Origin: a bacterium | GTDB taxonomy: Bacteria; RBG-13-61-14; DATKZS01 | Length of the DNA stretch: 64,000 nucleotides | Reading direction: 5' to 3' | Assembly (NCBI GenBank): GCA_963674965.2 | Contig: CAXXFL010000003.1 | Span: 224,001-288,000, forward strand | Part shown: positions 18,350 to 27,224 of the stretch, piece after piece | Numbering within the stretch: the first letter of the stretch is position 1 | How the letters are laid out: each line of letters begins with the position of its first letter | Notes under the pieces: model-generated | Seen by the model: the letters and a program-made list of their open reading frames with translations, nothing else | The model's database searches: none | Told to the model about the DNA's origin: nothing | Program-made: the position numbers and the translations under genes

Positions 18350-18967
18350 ATGGCCCGCGCTAATTACAAACGTCCCGACCATTTCGCCAGGAGGGCGAAA
18401 AAAGAGGGGTACGCGGCCCGCAGCGTTTACAAGCTCGAGGAGATCGACTCGAGGGAGGGTCTTTTCCGTCCCGGTCTTCGGGTGCTTGATCTTGGCGCGG
18501 CGCCGGGTTCCTGGATGCAGTACGTATCCTCGGTCGTGGGCGGCAAGGGCGTGGTGGTGGGAGTCGACCTCAAGCCGCTGAAGCGTTCACTCGCATCCAA
18601 CGAGCGGTTCGTGGAGGGGGACCTTTACGATCTTGACCCCGAGGTCATCCGGGGCGAAGCGCAAAGGTTCGACGTGGTCCTCTCGGACATGATGCCCAAC
18701 ACCATAGGCCACAAGTCCTCGGACCACCTGCGCTCGATCGCGCTGGCGGAGAGGGCCCTTTGGGTGGCGGACCGGCTGCTTCGTCCGGGCGGGCACTTCC
18801 TGATCAAGGTCTTTCAGGGAGCGGAGTTCGACCAGTACCGGAACATGATGCGCGAGCGGTACGCCCGGGTCAAGGTCAAAAAGCCCGAGGGCTCGAGGAA
18901 GACGAGCAGGGAGATATACCTTCTCGGCCTTAATAAAAAGCCGGCCGAGGATAGCGGGGAGGATTAG
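18350..18967 (+). CDS. rlmE: 23S rRNA Um2552 methyltransferase RlmE
   Basis: GYAARSVYKLEEI, VLDLGAAPGSW, DVVLSDMMPN, IKVFQG, KPEGSRKTSREIY. Confidence 0.93.
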   Translation: MARANYKRPDHFARRAKKEGYAARSVYKLEEIDSREGLFRPGLRVLDLGAAPGSWMQYVSSVVGGKGVVVGVDLKPLKRSLASNERFVEGDLYDLDPEVIRGEAQRFDVVLSDMMPNTIGHKSSDHLRSIALAERALWVADRLLRPGGHFLIKVFQGAEFDQYRNMMRERYARVKVKKPEGSRKTSREIYLLGLNKKPAEDSGED

Positions 18968-19065
18968 TCGCGAGGACCCGGCGGAGTCCTTGATTAATAT
19001 GTACGATAGGTTGACCAAGTCAAACGTGGATATTGGCCCGGCGCATGAAAAAAGGGGAGGAAAAC

Positions 19066-20334
19066 ATGGCCAAAAAAACATCCGGCAAAAAGACCTCGGC
19101 GAAAGTGAGCGCCGACAAACCTCAAAAGAAAGCGGCGGTGAAGAAGCCGGCCGCCTCGTCCTCGCCCAAAAAGGCCAGGATGACGCGTTACGGAATCATT
19201 CCGGAGTCGGCGGCCAAGATCAAGACCGTGGGCGTGTTGACCGGCGGCGGCGACTGTCCGGGCCTTAACGCGGTCATCCGGGCGGTGGTTCGCACGGCGA
19301 TCAACGTTTACGGCTGGCGCGTGATCGGGTATGAGGACGGCTTCGAGGGCATGATCATGCCGGGCAAGCACGTCGAGCTCGATTACGGCTCGACCCGCGG
19401 CATCCTGCACAAGGGCGGCACCATACTTGGCTCGACCAACCGCGGCAACCCCTTCAACTTTCCCATCGAGAGGAGGGGAAGGACGGTCCCCATGGACTGC
19501 TCCCACGAGGTGGTCGAGACCTATAACCGGCACAACCTGGACGCCCTGATCGTCATAGGCGGAGACGGCACCCTGACCATCGGCGAGCGTTTCCAGCGCG
19601 AGAAGAAGCTCAACATCGTGGGGGTCCCCAAAACCATCGACAACGACCTTTCCGCCACGGAGACGACCTTCGGTTTCGACACCGCCGTGGCCACGGCCAC
19701 CGAGGCCATCGACAAGCTGCACACCACGGCCGAGAGCCACCACCGGATCATGTTCGTCGAGGTCATGGGCCGGGACGCCGGCTGGATCGCTCTTCACGCC
19801 GGCATAGCCGGGGGCGCCGACGCCATTTTGATTCCCGAGATCGAGTACGACGTCACCCGCCTGATCGAGAAGATCAGGATGAGGGAGGAGTCGGGCCGCA
19901 AGTCTTCCATCGTGGTGGTGGCGGAGGGGGCCAAGCCCGCGGGGGGCGACGTCTCGACCGTAAGGAGCTCGAGCGACTTCGACCTGGTCCGGCTGGGCGG
20001 CGCGGCCCAGCGGGTGGCCGACCTTATCGAGAGGCTGATGGCCAGGGAGACCAGGGTGACGGTGTTGGGGCACATCCAGCGGGGCGGATCTCCCACCAAC
20101 TTCGACAGGATACTGGCCACCAGGTTCGGCACGGCCGCCGCTCACGCCGTGGCCAGAAACGATTTCAACTCGATGGTGGCCCTGCAGGGCGCGAAGATAG
20201 TGACCGTCCCACTCAAGAACGCCATATCCAGCCAGAAGTTCGTCGATCCCAACGGAGAGTTGGTGCAGGCCGCCAGGGCCTGCGGCATGACCTTCGGCAC
20301 GCCCGGAAGGTCCGGACTGGCGAGCGGCGTTTGA
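19066..20334 (+). CDS. pfkA: 6-phosphofructokinase (GGDG/PKTIDND type) with Lys/Ala-rich N-terminal extension
   Basis: LTGGGDCPGLNAVIR, GGTILGS, IGGDGT, PKTIDND, VEVMGRDAGWIA, LGHIQRGG; GGAGG SD before ATG 19066. Confidence 0.92.
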   Translation: MAKKTSGKKTSAKVSADKPQKKAAVKKPAASSSPKKARMTRYGIIPESAAKIKTVGVLTGGGDCPGLNAVIRAVVRTAINVYGWRVIGYEDGFEGMIMPGKHVELDYGSTRGILHKGGTILGSTNRGNPFNFPIERRGRTVPMDCSHEVVETYNRHNLDALIVIGGDGTLTIGERFQREKKLNIVGVPKTIDNDLSATETTFGFDTAVATATEAIDKLHTTAESHHRIMFVEVMGRDAGWIALHAGIAGGADAILIPEIEYDVTRLIEKIRMREESGRKSSIVVVAEGAKPAGGDVSTVRSSSDFDLVRLGGAAQRVADLIERLMARETRVTVLGHIQRGGSPTNFDRILATRFGTAAAHAVARNDFNSMVALQGAKIVTVPLKNAISSQKFVDPNGELVQAARACGMTFGTPGRSGLASGV

Positions 20335-20345
20335 CGATCCAATAG

Positions 20346-20382
20346 AAAAACGCGGCCGCGTTTTATGGCGCGGCCGCGTTTT
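20346..20382. terminator. Bidirectional terminator between convergent pfkA and ankyrin genes
   Basis: AAAAA-CGCGGCCGCG-TTTTATGG-CGCGGCCGCG-TTTT. Confidence 0.7.
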
Positions 20383-20397
20383 AATCTTACAATACTT

Positions 20398-21330
20398 TTA
20401 TTCCTCGCCGCCGGCCTTTTGTATAATATCCGCGATTTCCAGGTAGCTCAGTTCCCGGGCCAGCTTGAGCGGGGTCCTACCATCCTTGTTCCTGGCGTTC
20501 ACGTCGGCGCCGTTTTCTATCAGCAGCTCGACCGTGTCTTTTTTGCCCAGGCCCACGGCCCAGTGCAGGGGAGTGGCGCCGAAGGGCTCGTCCTTGGCGT
20601 TGACGTCCGCGCCGGCCTTTATAAGCATGAGGGCGCAGTCGGTCTTCTCCAGTCCCAGGGCCCAGTGCAGGGGGGTCCAGTCCTGCTTGTCCCGGGCGTT
20701 AAGGTCGGCTCCTTTCTCGATGAGGACCTTGACCACCTCGGTCTTGCCCCGGGAGGCCGCGGAGTGAAGAGGCGTGAGCCCGAACTTATCCTTGGCGTCG
20801 ATCTCGGCCCCCGACTCGATAAGCAGGGCCGCGATCTTTTCATTGCCCGCCCACGCCGCCGAGTGGAGCGGCGTATCGTCCAGCTTCTTCTCCCTGGCGT
20901 TGACGTCGGCCCCGCCCTTGATCAGGACCTTGGCCGTCTTGGCGTTCTTGGCCGCGTGGAGGGGGGTCCCGTAAATATAGGCCAGGTCGTTGACGTCGGC
21001 CCCGTTTTTAATCAGCAGCTCGCAGGCCCTGGCGTAGCCGTTATAGGCGGCCAGGTGGAGGGGCGTGGCGCCCTGCACGTTCTCGGCGTTAACGTTCGAC
21101 CCCTTCTCGATCAGGTAGCGCATGGCCTCGACGTGCCCCCTGGCGGCGGCCTTGTGGAGGGGGATGGCGCCCTGGATATCGACGGCGTCCACTTTTTTAG
21201 GTTTTTCCGCCAGTATCTTCTCGATCGTTTTCAGGTCTCCCTGCTTCGCGGCCTGGTGTATGTCCTCGGCCAAGGCCGGCCCGGCGGCCGCCAGCAGCAT
21301 GACCCAAACCATTATTATCGTTCTCTTCAT
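20398..21330 (-). CDS. Secreted ankyrin-repeat protein
   Basis: Signal peptide ending ALA; repeated TPLH.AA...L..LI..GADVNA units. Confidence 0.92.
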   Translation of the reverse strand: MKRTIIMVWVMLLAAAGPALAEDIHQAAKQGDLKTIEKILAEKPKKVDAVDIQGAIPLHKAAARGHVEAMRYLIEKGSNVNAENVQGATPLHLAAYNGYARACELLIKNGADVNDLAYIYGTPLHAAKNAKTAKVLIKGGADVNAREKKLDDTPLHSAAWAGNEKIAALLIESGAEIDAKDKFGLTPLHSAASRGKTEVVKVLIEKGADLNARDKQDWTPLHWALGLEKTDCALMLIKAGADVNAKDEPFGATPLHWAVGLGKKDTVELLIENGADVNARNKDGRTPLKLARELSYLEIADIIQKAGGEE

Positions 21331-21395
21331 TTGAATCCTCGCTTTATCGTTCGCGTAAATCCCCGCCATCTATGATAGCCCATGACCGCCTCGTT

Positions 21396-22217
21396 TCAGC
21401 GATTGGGATACTCCTTGCCGCTGATCTCCTTCCACAGGCCCCTGGCCACCCGCTGGTTCATCTTGTTGGAGCCGACCTCGCCCGGCATGGAGCAAGGGTC
21501 TACCTTGAGGGCCGCCTCGAGGGCGTCGAGGGCAAGGTCCTTCTTGTCGATATAGCCGTAGTACTGGGCGAGCCACACGTAGTTCTCCACGTAGTTCGGG
21601 TTCTTGTCGATCTGGCTTTGCAGGTCGTCAAGTATGGCGGCCGAGTCCTTGCCCAGCATCTTGATGAATATCTCCGGGGCCTTGGCCAGGATGCCGGTCC
21701 AGAAACGGGCGCTTACGCCGTACTTGTAATGGGGGGCCTTTTCGTCCAGCCACTTAAGGTGTCCCAGTATCTCCGGGAACACCGCCGCCTGCTTGAGGTA
21801 GCTGGCGTACTGGTACTGCTTGCCCTGCGCGGCGGCCGCCAGGTAATGGGCCCCGGCGGTTTCCTTGATCTCGAGGGCCCGGGTCGCGCTTTCAAAGGAC
21901 TTTTTGTTGTAGTCGGTCTGCAGCTTTTTCTCCTCGTCCGTGTCGCCGGGGGTGTAGTAGGCCCGGTCGAAGTACTCGCAGGCCAGCTCGGTGAGAATCT
22001 CGTGGTTGTTCGGGTCAAGGTCCCTGGCCTTCTCCAGGTTGGATATGGCGCAGTCGATGGTCTCCAGGGTCTGGTCATCGTCCAGGCAGGCCCAGGCCGC
22101 GTCCACCAGCTTCTGGGCCTCAGCGTTCCTGCTCACGGGCTTGTCCGGTATGCGGGACCATGACAAAGAGGGAGCCAGTATGGCCAGGAAAATTAATATC
22201 AGCGGTACGCGCTTCAT
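21396..22217 (-). CDS. Secreted helical (TPR-like) protein
   Basis: Signal peptide; TPR-like patterns LEKARDLDPNN, ALEAALKVDP. Confidence 0.6.
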   Translation of the reverse strand: MKRVPLILIFLAILAPSLSWSRIPDKPVSRNAEAQKLVDAAWACLDDDQTLETIDCAISNLEKARDLDPNNHEILTELACEYFDRAYYTPGDTDEEKKLQTDYNKKSFESATRALEIKETAGAHYLAAAAQGKQYQYASYLKQAAVFPEILGHLKWLDEKAPHYKYGVSARFWTGILAKAPEIFIKMLGKDSAAILDDLQSQIDKNPNYVENYVWLAQYYGYIDKKDLALDALEAALKVDPCSMPGEVGSNKMNQRVARGLWKEISGKEYPNR

Positions 22218-22220
22218 TTT

Positions 22221-22685
22221 TCAGTTCCCCTTATTGTCCTTTTTGCTTATCATTCTCTGGTCGATCGCCTCGAGCCAGTCGTCGTGCAGCTTGTGGAGGT
22301 CCTTGATGGTCACGAACATGGGCATGATCGAAACCAGGGCCCCCGTGAACTCCTCCCTCGAGGTCACCAGGGTGGCGCCGTCCTTTTCATCGAACAGGAA
22401 AGAGTGGACCGACACCACCGTTTTGGGAATCCCGCCGGTCCAGGCCATCTCCTTGTAAGGATCGAGCGTTATCACCTCGACCGGAACGGGCACGGCCGGC
22501 CCCTTCACGGCGATCTTCATGGTAAACCTCGAGCCGATCCTGATTTCTCCGCCGTCGCCGGTAACCTTTTTAATGAAGGGCTTCCACTCGGGCCAGCTTT
22601 TTACGTCCAGTATCTCGTTCCAAATGTCCCGAGCCGGCGCCTTGACCAGCCGGGACCTTTCAAGCTTAAGATTTCCCATTTGCAT
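22221..22685 (-). CDS. SRPBCC (START-like) domain protein
   Basis: APARDIWNEILDVKSWPEWKP, MAWTGG, SREEFTG. Confidence 0.85.
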   Translation of the reverse strand: MQMGNLKLERSRLVKAPARDIWNEILDVKSWPEWKPFIKKVTGDGGEIRIGSRFTMKIAVKGPAVPVPVEVITLDPYKEMAWTGGIPKTVVSVHSFLFDEKDGATLVTSREEFTGALVSIMPMFVTIKDLHKLHDDWLEAIDQRMISKKDNKGN

Positions 22686-22687
22686 CC

Positions 22688-23689
22688 TCAGTCTATCAGT
22701 CCTTCTTCCCTGGCCCAGGCCTCGAGCTTCTTGAAGCCCTCCTCCGTGCTGACCGGCGGCTCGTAGCCAAGGTCCCTTTTCGCCTTGTCCAGCTTGTAGG
22801 TGTGCGTGTACATGAGCTCGGCCACGGCGTACCTCGAGAGAAGGGGTTCCTTTTTGATTTTCAGTACGTCCCAGATCGCCTCGAAGGCGGCCCCCACCCC
22901 GTAGGCCAGGGGACCGGGAATGCTGCCCTTCGCCGGCGGGAGCTTCATGATCTCGAGGTGGCGGTTGATGAAATCGGCGTAGGTGGTGGGCTCGCCGTTG
23001 GTGATGAAGTAGGCGTTACCCGGGGCCTTGTCCGACTTCGAGGCCAGCACCAGACCCTCCACCAGGTTCTCGACGTAGGTGGTGTCGGTCACGGTCCTGC
23101 CGCCTCCCACGTGGTAGATGGGGCCCTTTTCGGCGTGGGTCTTGATCCTGCCGAAAAAGGTCTGGTCGCGGGGCCCCCAGATGACGTGGGGACGTATGGA
23201 AACGGTCTTGAAACAATCGCAGTTGGCCGCGAGCACCATGCGCTCGGAGATGGACTTGGTTTCCCCGTAGGCGCTGAGGAACTTGTTGGGATAGGGGAAG
23301 GTCTCGTCAACCTTGTCGTGATGGGTCCAGCCGTCAAAGACCGAGGCCGTCGAGCTGCAATGGACGAACCTTTTGACTCCGGCTTTTTTCGCGGCCCGCA
23401 GCATGTTTTCGGTCCCGTCCACGTTGACCGCCCAGAACTTCTCCCTGGCCCCCCAGGGAGAGGCGAAGGCGGCTATATGGAAGACGACGTCCGCGCCCTC
23501 CGCCGCCTCGTCGAGGCCCGTGCCCGTGCATAGGTCGCACCCGTGGGCCTGGGCCCCGGTTTCCGAGCATGTAAGCTCGAGCCCGGGCGTAGGCAGGTCC
23601 ACCACGCTGACCTCGTATCCGTCGCGCCTTAATCTCTCGACCAGATGCCGGCCCACGAAGCCGGCCCCGCCCGTTACCGTTGCTTTCAT
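22688..23689 (-). CDS. NAD-dependent epimerase/3-beta-hydroxysteroid dehydrogenase-like SDR
   Basis: VTGGAGFVG, FHIAA, YGETK (YxxxK), IRPHVIWGPRD, YFITNGEP. Confidence 0.88.
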   Translation of the reverse strand: MKATVTGGAGFVGRHLVERLRRDGYEVSVVDLPTPGLELTCSETGAQAHGCDLCTGTGLDEAAEGADVVFHIAAFASPWGAREKFWAVNVDGTENMLRAAKKAGVKRFVHCSSTASVFDGWTHHDKVDETFPYPNKFLSAYGETKSISERMVLAANCDCFKTVSIRPHVIWGPRDQTFFGRIKTHAEKGPIYHVGGGRTVTDTTYVENLVEGLVLASKSDKAPGNAYFITNGEPTTYADFINRHLEIMKLPPAKGSIPGPLAYGVGAAFEAIWDVLKIKKEPLLSRYAVAELMYTHTYKLDKAKRDLGYEPPVSTEEGFKKLEAWAREEGLID

Positions 23690-24281
23690 TTTTTCCCCCT
23701 CTTTATAATAGATGGCGCCTTTAGTCCCACGGCGCTCGATCTCCCCGCTGGAATGGCGGCTCAATTTTTGAACCGAAATTCAAATCTGGGCAATAGTAAT
23801 TTATTTAAGCGGCCAAGTCAAGCCTTTCGAGGTTTTACGCTGTCCGACTCCGCGTCCTTTTTTACGATCGGACAAAAACATCTCAGAGCGTGTCTTTTAA
23901 GATGGAGTCAATGTTTCGCGTTATGGACCTTTACCAAGCGGTAATTGATTCGCCTTGATTATCAGAGCCTTAGCCAAATATATCGGATAAGACTACAATG
24001 ACGAAGGCGCGAAGTCAATTAATCGACAATATGTACCATGCGGTATTTCATATCTGCGAATAATAAGCGACGTTTACGGCTACTATTCATAAAAAGAAAA
24101 TCAATCAATCGATCAATAGGAATGAAGGAAATTCAAATACCCCGAAAAAAAGCGTCCCTAAAATCAATATAATCCAGGCGGCCCATCGAGGTTGTAAGAC
24201 GTTAGTGAGTCAATCGACTGGCCCGGAAATCACGATGGGCTATTTACTTGGTAAAGCAAAAAAGATAAAATCTAAAAGTAA

Positions 24282-24449
24282 GAGCCTCTTGCAAAATTCC
24301 CGCTTTGGAGTGCGGCGGCTCGACGCCGCTTTTCTTCCGAGCGGCTTGACGCGAGGCAAGCCGGTGTATTAATAGGCCTTGTCAAGCCAAGGCCCTCGAA
24401 AGCGGTCTCAAGCGACCGCGCTCCAAAGCCGGACTTATGCAAGAGGCTC
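24282..24449. mobile_element. MITE/REP-doublet element, copy 1 (168 bp)
   Basis: Terminal inverted repeats GAGCCTCTTGCA/TGCAAGAGGCTC; internal inverted palindromic units TTTGGAGTGCGGCGGCTCGACGCCGCTTT and AAAGCGGTCTCAAGCGACCGCGCTCCAAA; second copy at 50311-51948. Confidence 0.8.
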
Positions 24450-24507
24450 AAATGAAAACCGAAATCCAAACGCATGAAAAAACCACGGCTATCGGGGGAG
24501 GGAAGGT

Positions 24508-24885
24508 TTGAGAGTAACTAAAGCCGCGACTTTGCTTTTAATCGCTCTCGTTTTATCCGCCTGCGGCGACAAAGGGGAAAAGGGCGGCGGCGAATACCAC
24601 GGCGTGACCCAGGCCGACCTTTACAAGTGGAAGACCAAGCTGGTGGGAAGGTGGGAAAACGAGGACGCTTTTTACGATTTCAAGGAGGACGGCAACCTTC
24701 TGACGGGCAAGATAGACGGCTGGTACCCCGAGGAGAATACCTTCAAGATTACGGGCGTCAATAAAATGAAAGTCAAAAGCAAATGGGGCGGACAATATAG
24801 ACTTGTCTGGTTTACGCTGATCGAGGACGAATTGACTCTCAAGTTCAACAAGAACGAATCCATTACTCTCTACCGAGTTAAATGA
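24508..24885 (+). CDS. Small lipoprotein (lipocalin/DUF5640-like)
   Basis: Lipobox LSAC; LVGRWE..YDFKEDG pattern; GGAGG SD before TTG. Confidence 0.7.
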   Translation: MRVTKAATLLLIALVLSACGDKGEKGGGEYHGVTQADLYKWKTKLVGRWENEDAFYDFKEDGNLLTGKIDGWYPEENTFKITGVNKMKVKSKWGGQYRLVWFTLIEDELTLKFNKNESITLYRVK

Positions 24886-25976
24886 GCTCGAATACTAAAA
24901 TCTCCTGTCTTGATTTCTTCGCCGGGAGCGGCCTCGTCACCAGGGGACTGAAAGACCACTTCGAGGCGGTCTGGGCCAACGACGTTTGCGAAAGAAAGGC
25001 CCGGATATATCTTGCCAACCACCCGGGGGCGAATTTCCATCTCGGCCCGATCGAGCAAGTCAGCGGAGGCGACCTTCCCCCCGCGCTTCTTTCATGGGGA
25101 AGCTTTCCTTGTCAGGACCTTTCCCTGGCCGGCAGGACCGGGGGCCTGTCCGGAAAACGGAGCGGCCTCGCCTGGCAATGGCTCCGGGTCATGGACGAGA
25201 TGCCCCAAAGGCCCCCCCTGGTGGCGGCGGAAAACGTGGCCGGCCTGGCCTCGGCCTCGGGAGGAAAAAATTATCGGGCCCTGCACGACGCCCTGGTCGA
25301 GCGCGGTTTCAAGGTCGGAGCGTTCATGCTCGACGCGGCCAACTGGCTGCCCCAGTCAAGAAGAAGGGTCTTCGTGGTCGCCGTCCCCAATGAGATAGAC
25401 TCCTCCGAGTATGAATCGAACGCTCCCGGCTACGGCCATAACGGCGCCATACTCAAGGCGGCCGAGGGCCTCGGCCGCTGGGTCTTCTGGCGACTTCCGC
25501 CTCCCCGGGCGCGAAGGCCGAGCCTCGAGGACTTGATCGACTGGAACGCGCCCCGCCACGGCGAGGATAAAACGAGCGCGTTAATGGACATGATTCCTCC
25601 CCGCCACCGCGAAAAAATGATCGAGGCCATGGCAAGGGGGTATCGCGTCTTTCCCGGCTACAAGAGGACCAGAAAGGGCGGGCAGGTATTGGAGCTTCGC
25701 TTCGACGGGCTGGCGGGATGCCTTCGCACCCCCGAGGGAGGAAGCAGCCGGCAGTACCTGGTCATGGTGGAGGACGGCCGGTTCAGCACCCGCCTTATCA
25801 CCGTGGGTGAGGCGGCCCTGCTAATGGGAGCGGGCGCGAGTTATAAGATACCTGGCGGTTACAACGACGGTTACAGGGCCATGGGCGACGCGGTCGCCGT
25901 CCCCGTCACTCGTTACCTGGCCCGGGTCCTTCTTGCTCCCCTGGCGGGCGCTATATCGCGACAAAGGAAAAGTTAA
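24882..25976 (+). CDS. DNA (cytosine-5)-methyltransferase, orphan
   Basis: Motif I FFAGSG, IV FPCQDLS, VI ENV, VIII PQSRRRVF, X MGDAVAVPV. Confidence 0.92.
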   Translation: MSSNTKISCLDFFAGSGLVTRGLKDHFEAVWANDVCERKARIYLANHPGANFHLGPIEQVSGGDLPPALLSWGSFPCQDLSLAGRTGGLSGKRSGLAWQWLRVMDEMPQRPPLVAAENVAGLASASGGKNYRALHDALVERGFKVGAFMLDAANWLPQSRRRVFVVAVPNEIDSSEYESNAPGYGHNGAILKAAEGLGRWVFWRLPPPRARRPSLEDLIDWNAPRHGEDKTSALMDMIPPRHREKMIEAMARGYRVFPGYKRTRKGGQVLELRFDGLAGCLRTPEGGSSRQYLVMVEDGRFSTRLITVGEAALLMGAGASYKIPGGYNDGYRAMGDAVAVPVTRYLARVLLAPLAGAISRQRKS

Positions 25977-26011
25977 GGCGGCAAAACCCGAGGGCCTTGA
26001 CTGGATGGAGG

Positions 26012-27022
26012 CTAGGTCTTTCTTCTGTCGAAAAATACGCAGGACCCCGGATTGGCTTTGGCCACCTCCTTCAGCTCGGCGCAGACCGAGGCGACCTCGA
26101 GGAAGTGCTCGAATTTCCTCTCCTGAAGATGGACCCCGCACAGGCTGATGGTCATGATGGGAAACTCGCTCGTCCGCCCGCGCCTGTCCTTGGACACGAT
26201 CTTGCCCGCCTCCGCGTCCTTAGGGTCGTAAAAGCGGATTATGCCCGCGTCGAACCGGCCGATGACCTGGTCCGTTACCTCGCCGGCCAGGCTGGAGGGA
26301 ACGATCATGACGAAATCGTCGCCGCCCACGTGTCCGATGAAAGCCCCCTCCCCCGCCGCCGCGAGGGTCCCCTCCTTGATGGTCTCGGCCGTGAACTTGA
26401 TGGCGCCGTCGCCCCTGGCGAACCCGTACTTGTCGTTAAACGCCTTGAAGTTGTCAAGGTCCGCGTAGATGACGCAACTGGCCCGGCCGTCCTTTATCGC
26501 CATGGAGATGGACTCGGCGATCGAGTTGTTGCCGGGAAGTCCCGTCGAGGGATTGGCGTCAAAAGCGATGAGTTTCAGCCTTTCCAGTTCAAGAAGCGCG
26601 TGATGCAGACGAAGATGAGACGCGACCCGAGCCAATAGAACGGCCGCGTTGATGGGCTTGGCCACGTAGTCGGACGCCCCCGCCTCGAAGCCGCGGACCA
26701 CGTCCTTGGGGTCGTCCATCGAGGTTATGAAAATAACGGGAGTGTGTTTGAACGCCTCGTCGCTTTTCAAACGACGGCAGGTCTCGAAACCATCCAGCCG
26801 GGGCATCATGACGTCGAGGAGAATAAGGTCGGGCTTCCGCTCCCGGGCCTGATCGAGGGCCTCATAGCCGTCCTCCGCCACGATTACCCCGTGGCCGGCG
26901 CTGGTGAGGATGCTGGAAAGCAAAAAGGAAACGCGGCGGTCGTCGTCCACCACCAGGATGGTCGAGCTTTGAGCGTCAAGCTTGGAAAGAAACGTTTCCT
27001 TTACGTCCCGAGACAACGACAT
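26012..27022 (-). CDS. Response regulator with GGDEF domain
   Basis: REC: ILVVDDD, DLILLDVMMP, YVAKP; GGDEF: DLDNFKAFNDKYGFARGD, GHVGGDDF. Confidence 0.92.
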   Translation of the reverse strand: MSLSRDVKETFLSKLDAQSSTILVVDDDRRVSFLLSSILTSAGHGVIVAEDGYEALDQARERKPDLILLDVMMPRLDGFETCRRLKSDEAFKHTPVIFITSMDDPKDVVRGFEAGASDYVAKPINAAVLLARVASHLRLHHALLELERLKLIAFDANPSTGLPGNNSIAESISMAIKDGRASCVIYADLDNFKAFNDKYGFARGDGAIKFTAETIKEGTLAAAGEGAFIGHVGGDDFVMIVPSSLAGEVTDQVIGRFDAGIIRFYDPKDAEAGKIVSKDRRGRTSEFPIMTISLCGVHLQERKFEHFLEVASVCAELKEVAKANPGSCVFFDRRKT

Positions 27023-27224
27023 GAGATGGACCTCATTACCTCTTGATGTTATGCCGACCGTTCCATCCGGGAGATTTACGCCGGCCGAATTAAATGGCGA
27101 GCGGCGATTAACGACGCCGATGGGGCCAGGTTCCGCCTGGAGCCGTAGGATACGGCGTCATCGGCTCTACTTTAGCACATCCTGGCAAAAATGCCTTAAA
27201 AATCGCCAAAGCCTGGTATCCCTT

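Noticed and set aside
23760-24281. Possible replication origin
   Set aside because: AT-rich, but no DnaA-box cluster (TTATCCACA) was seen and no dnaA context.
24272-24475. Similar small ORFs at 24272-24475 (-) and 50309-50506 (+)
   Set aside because: The similarity comes from the two copies of the miniature repeat element, not from a protein family.
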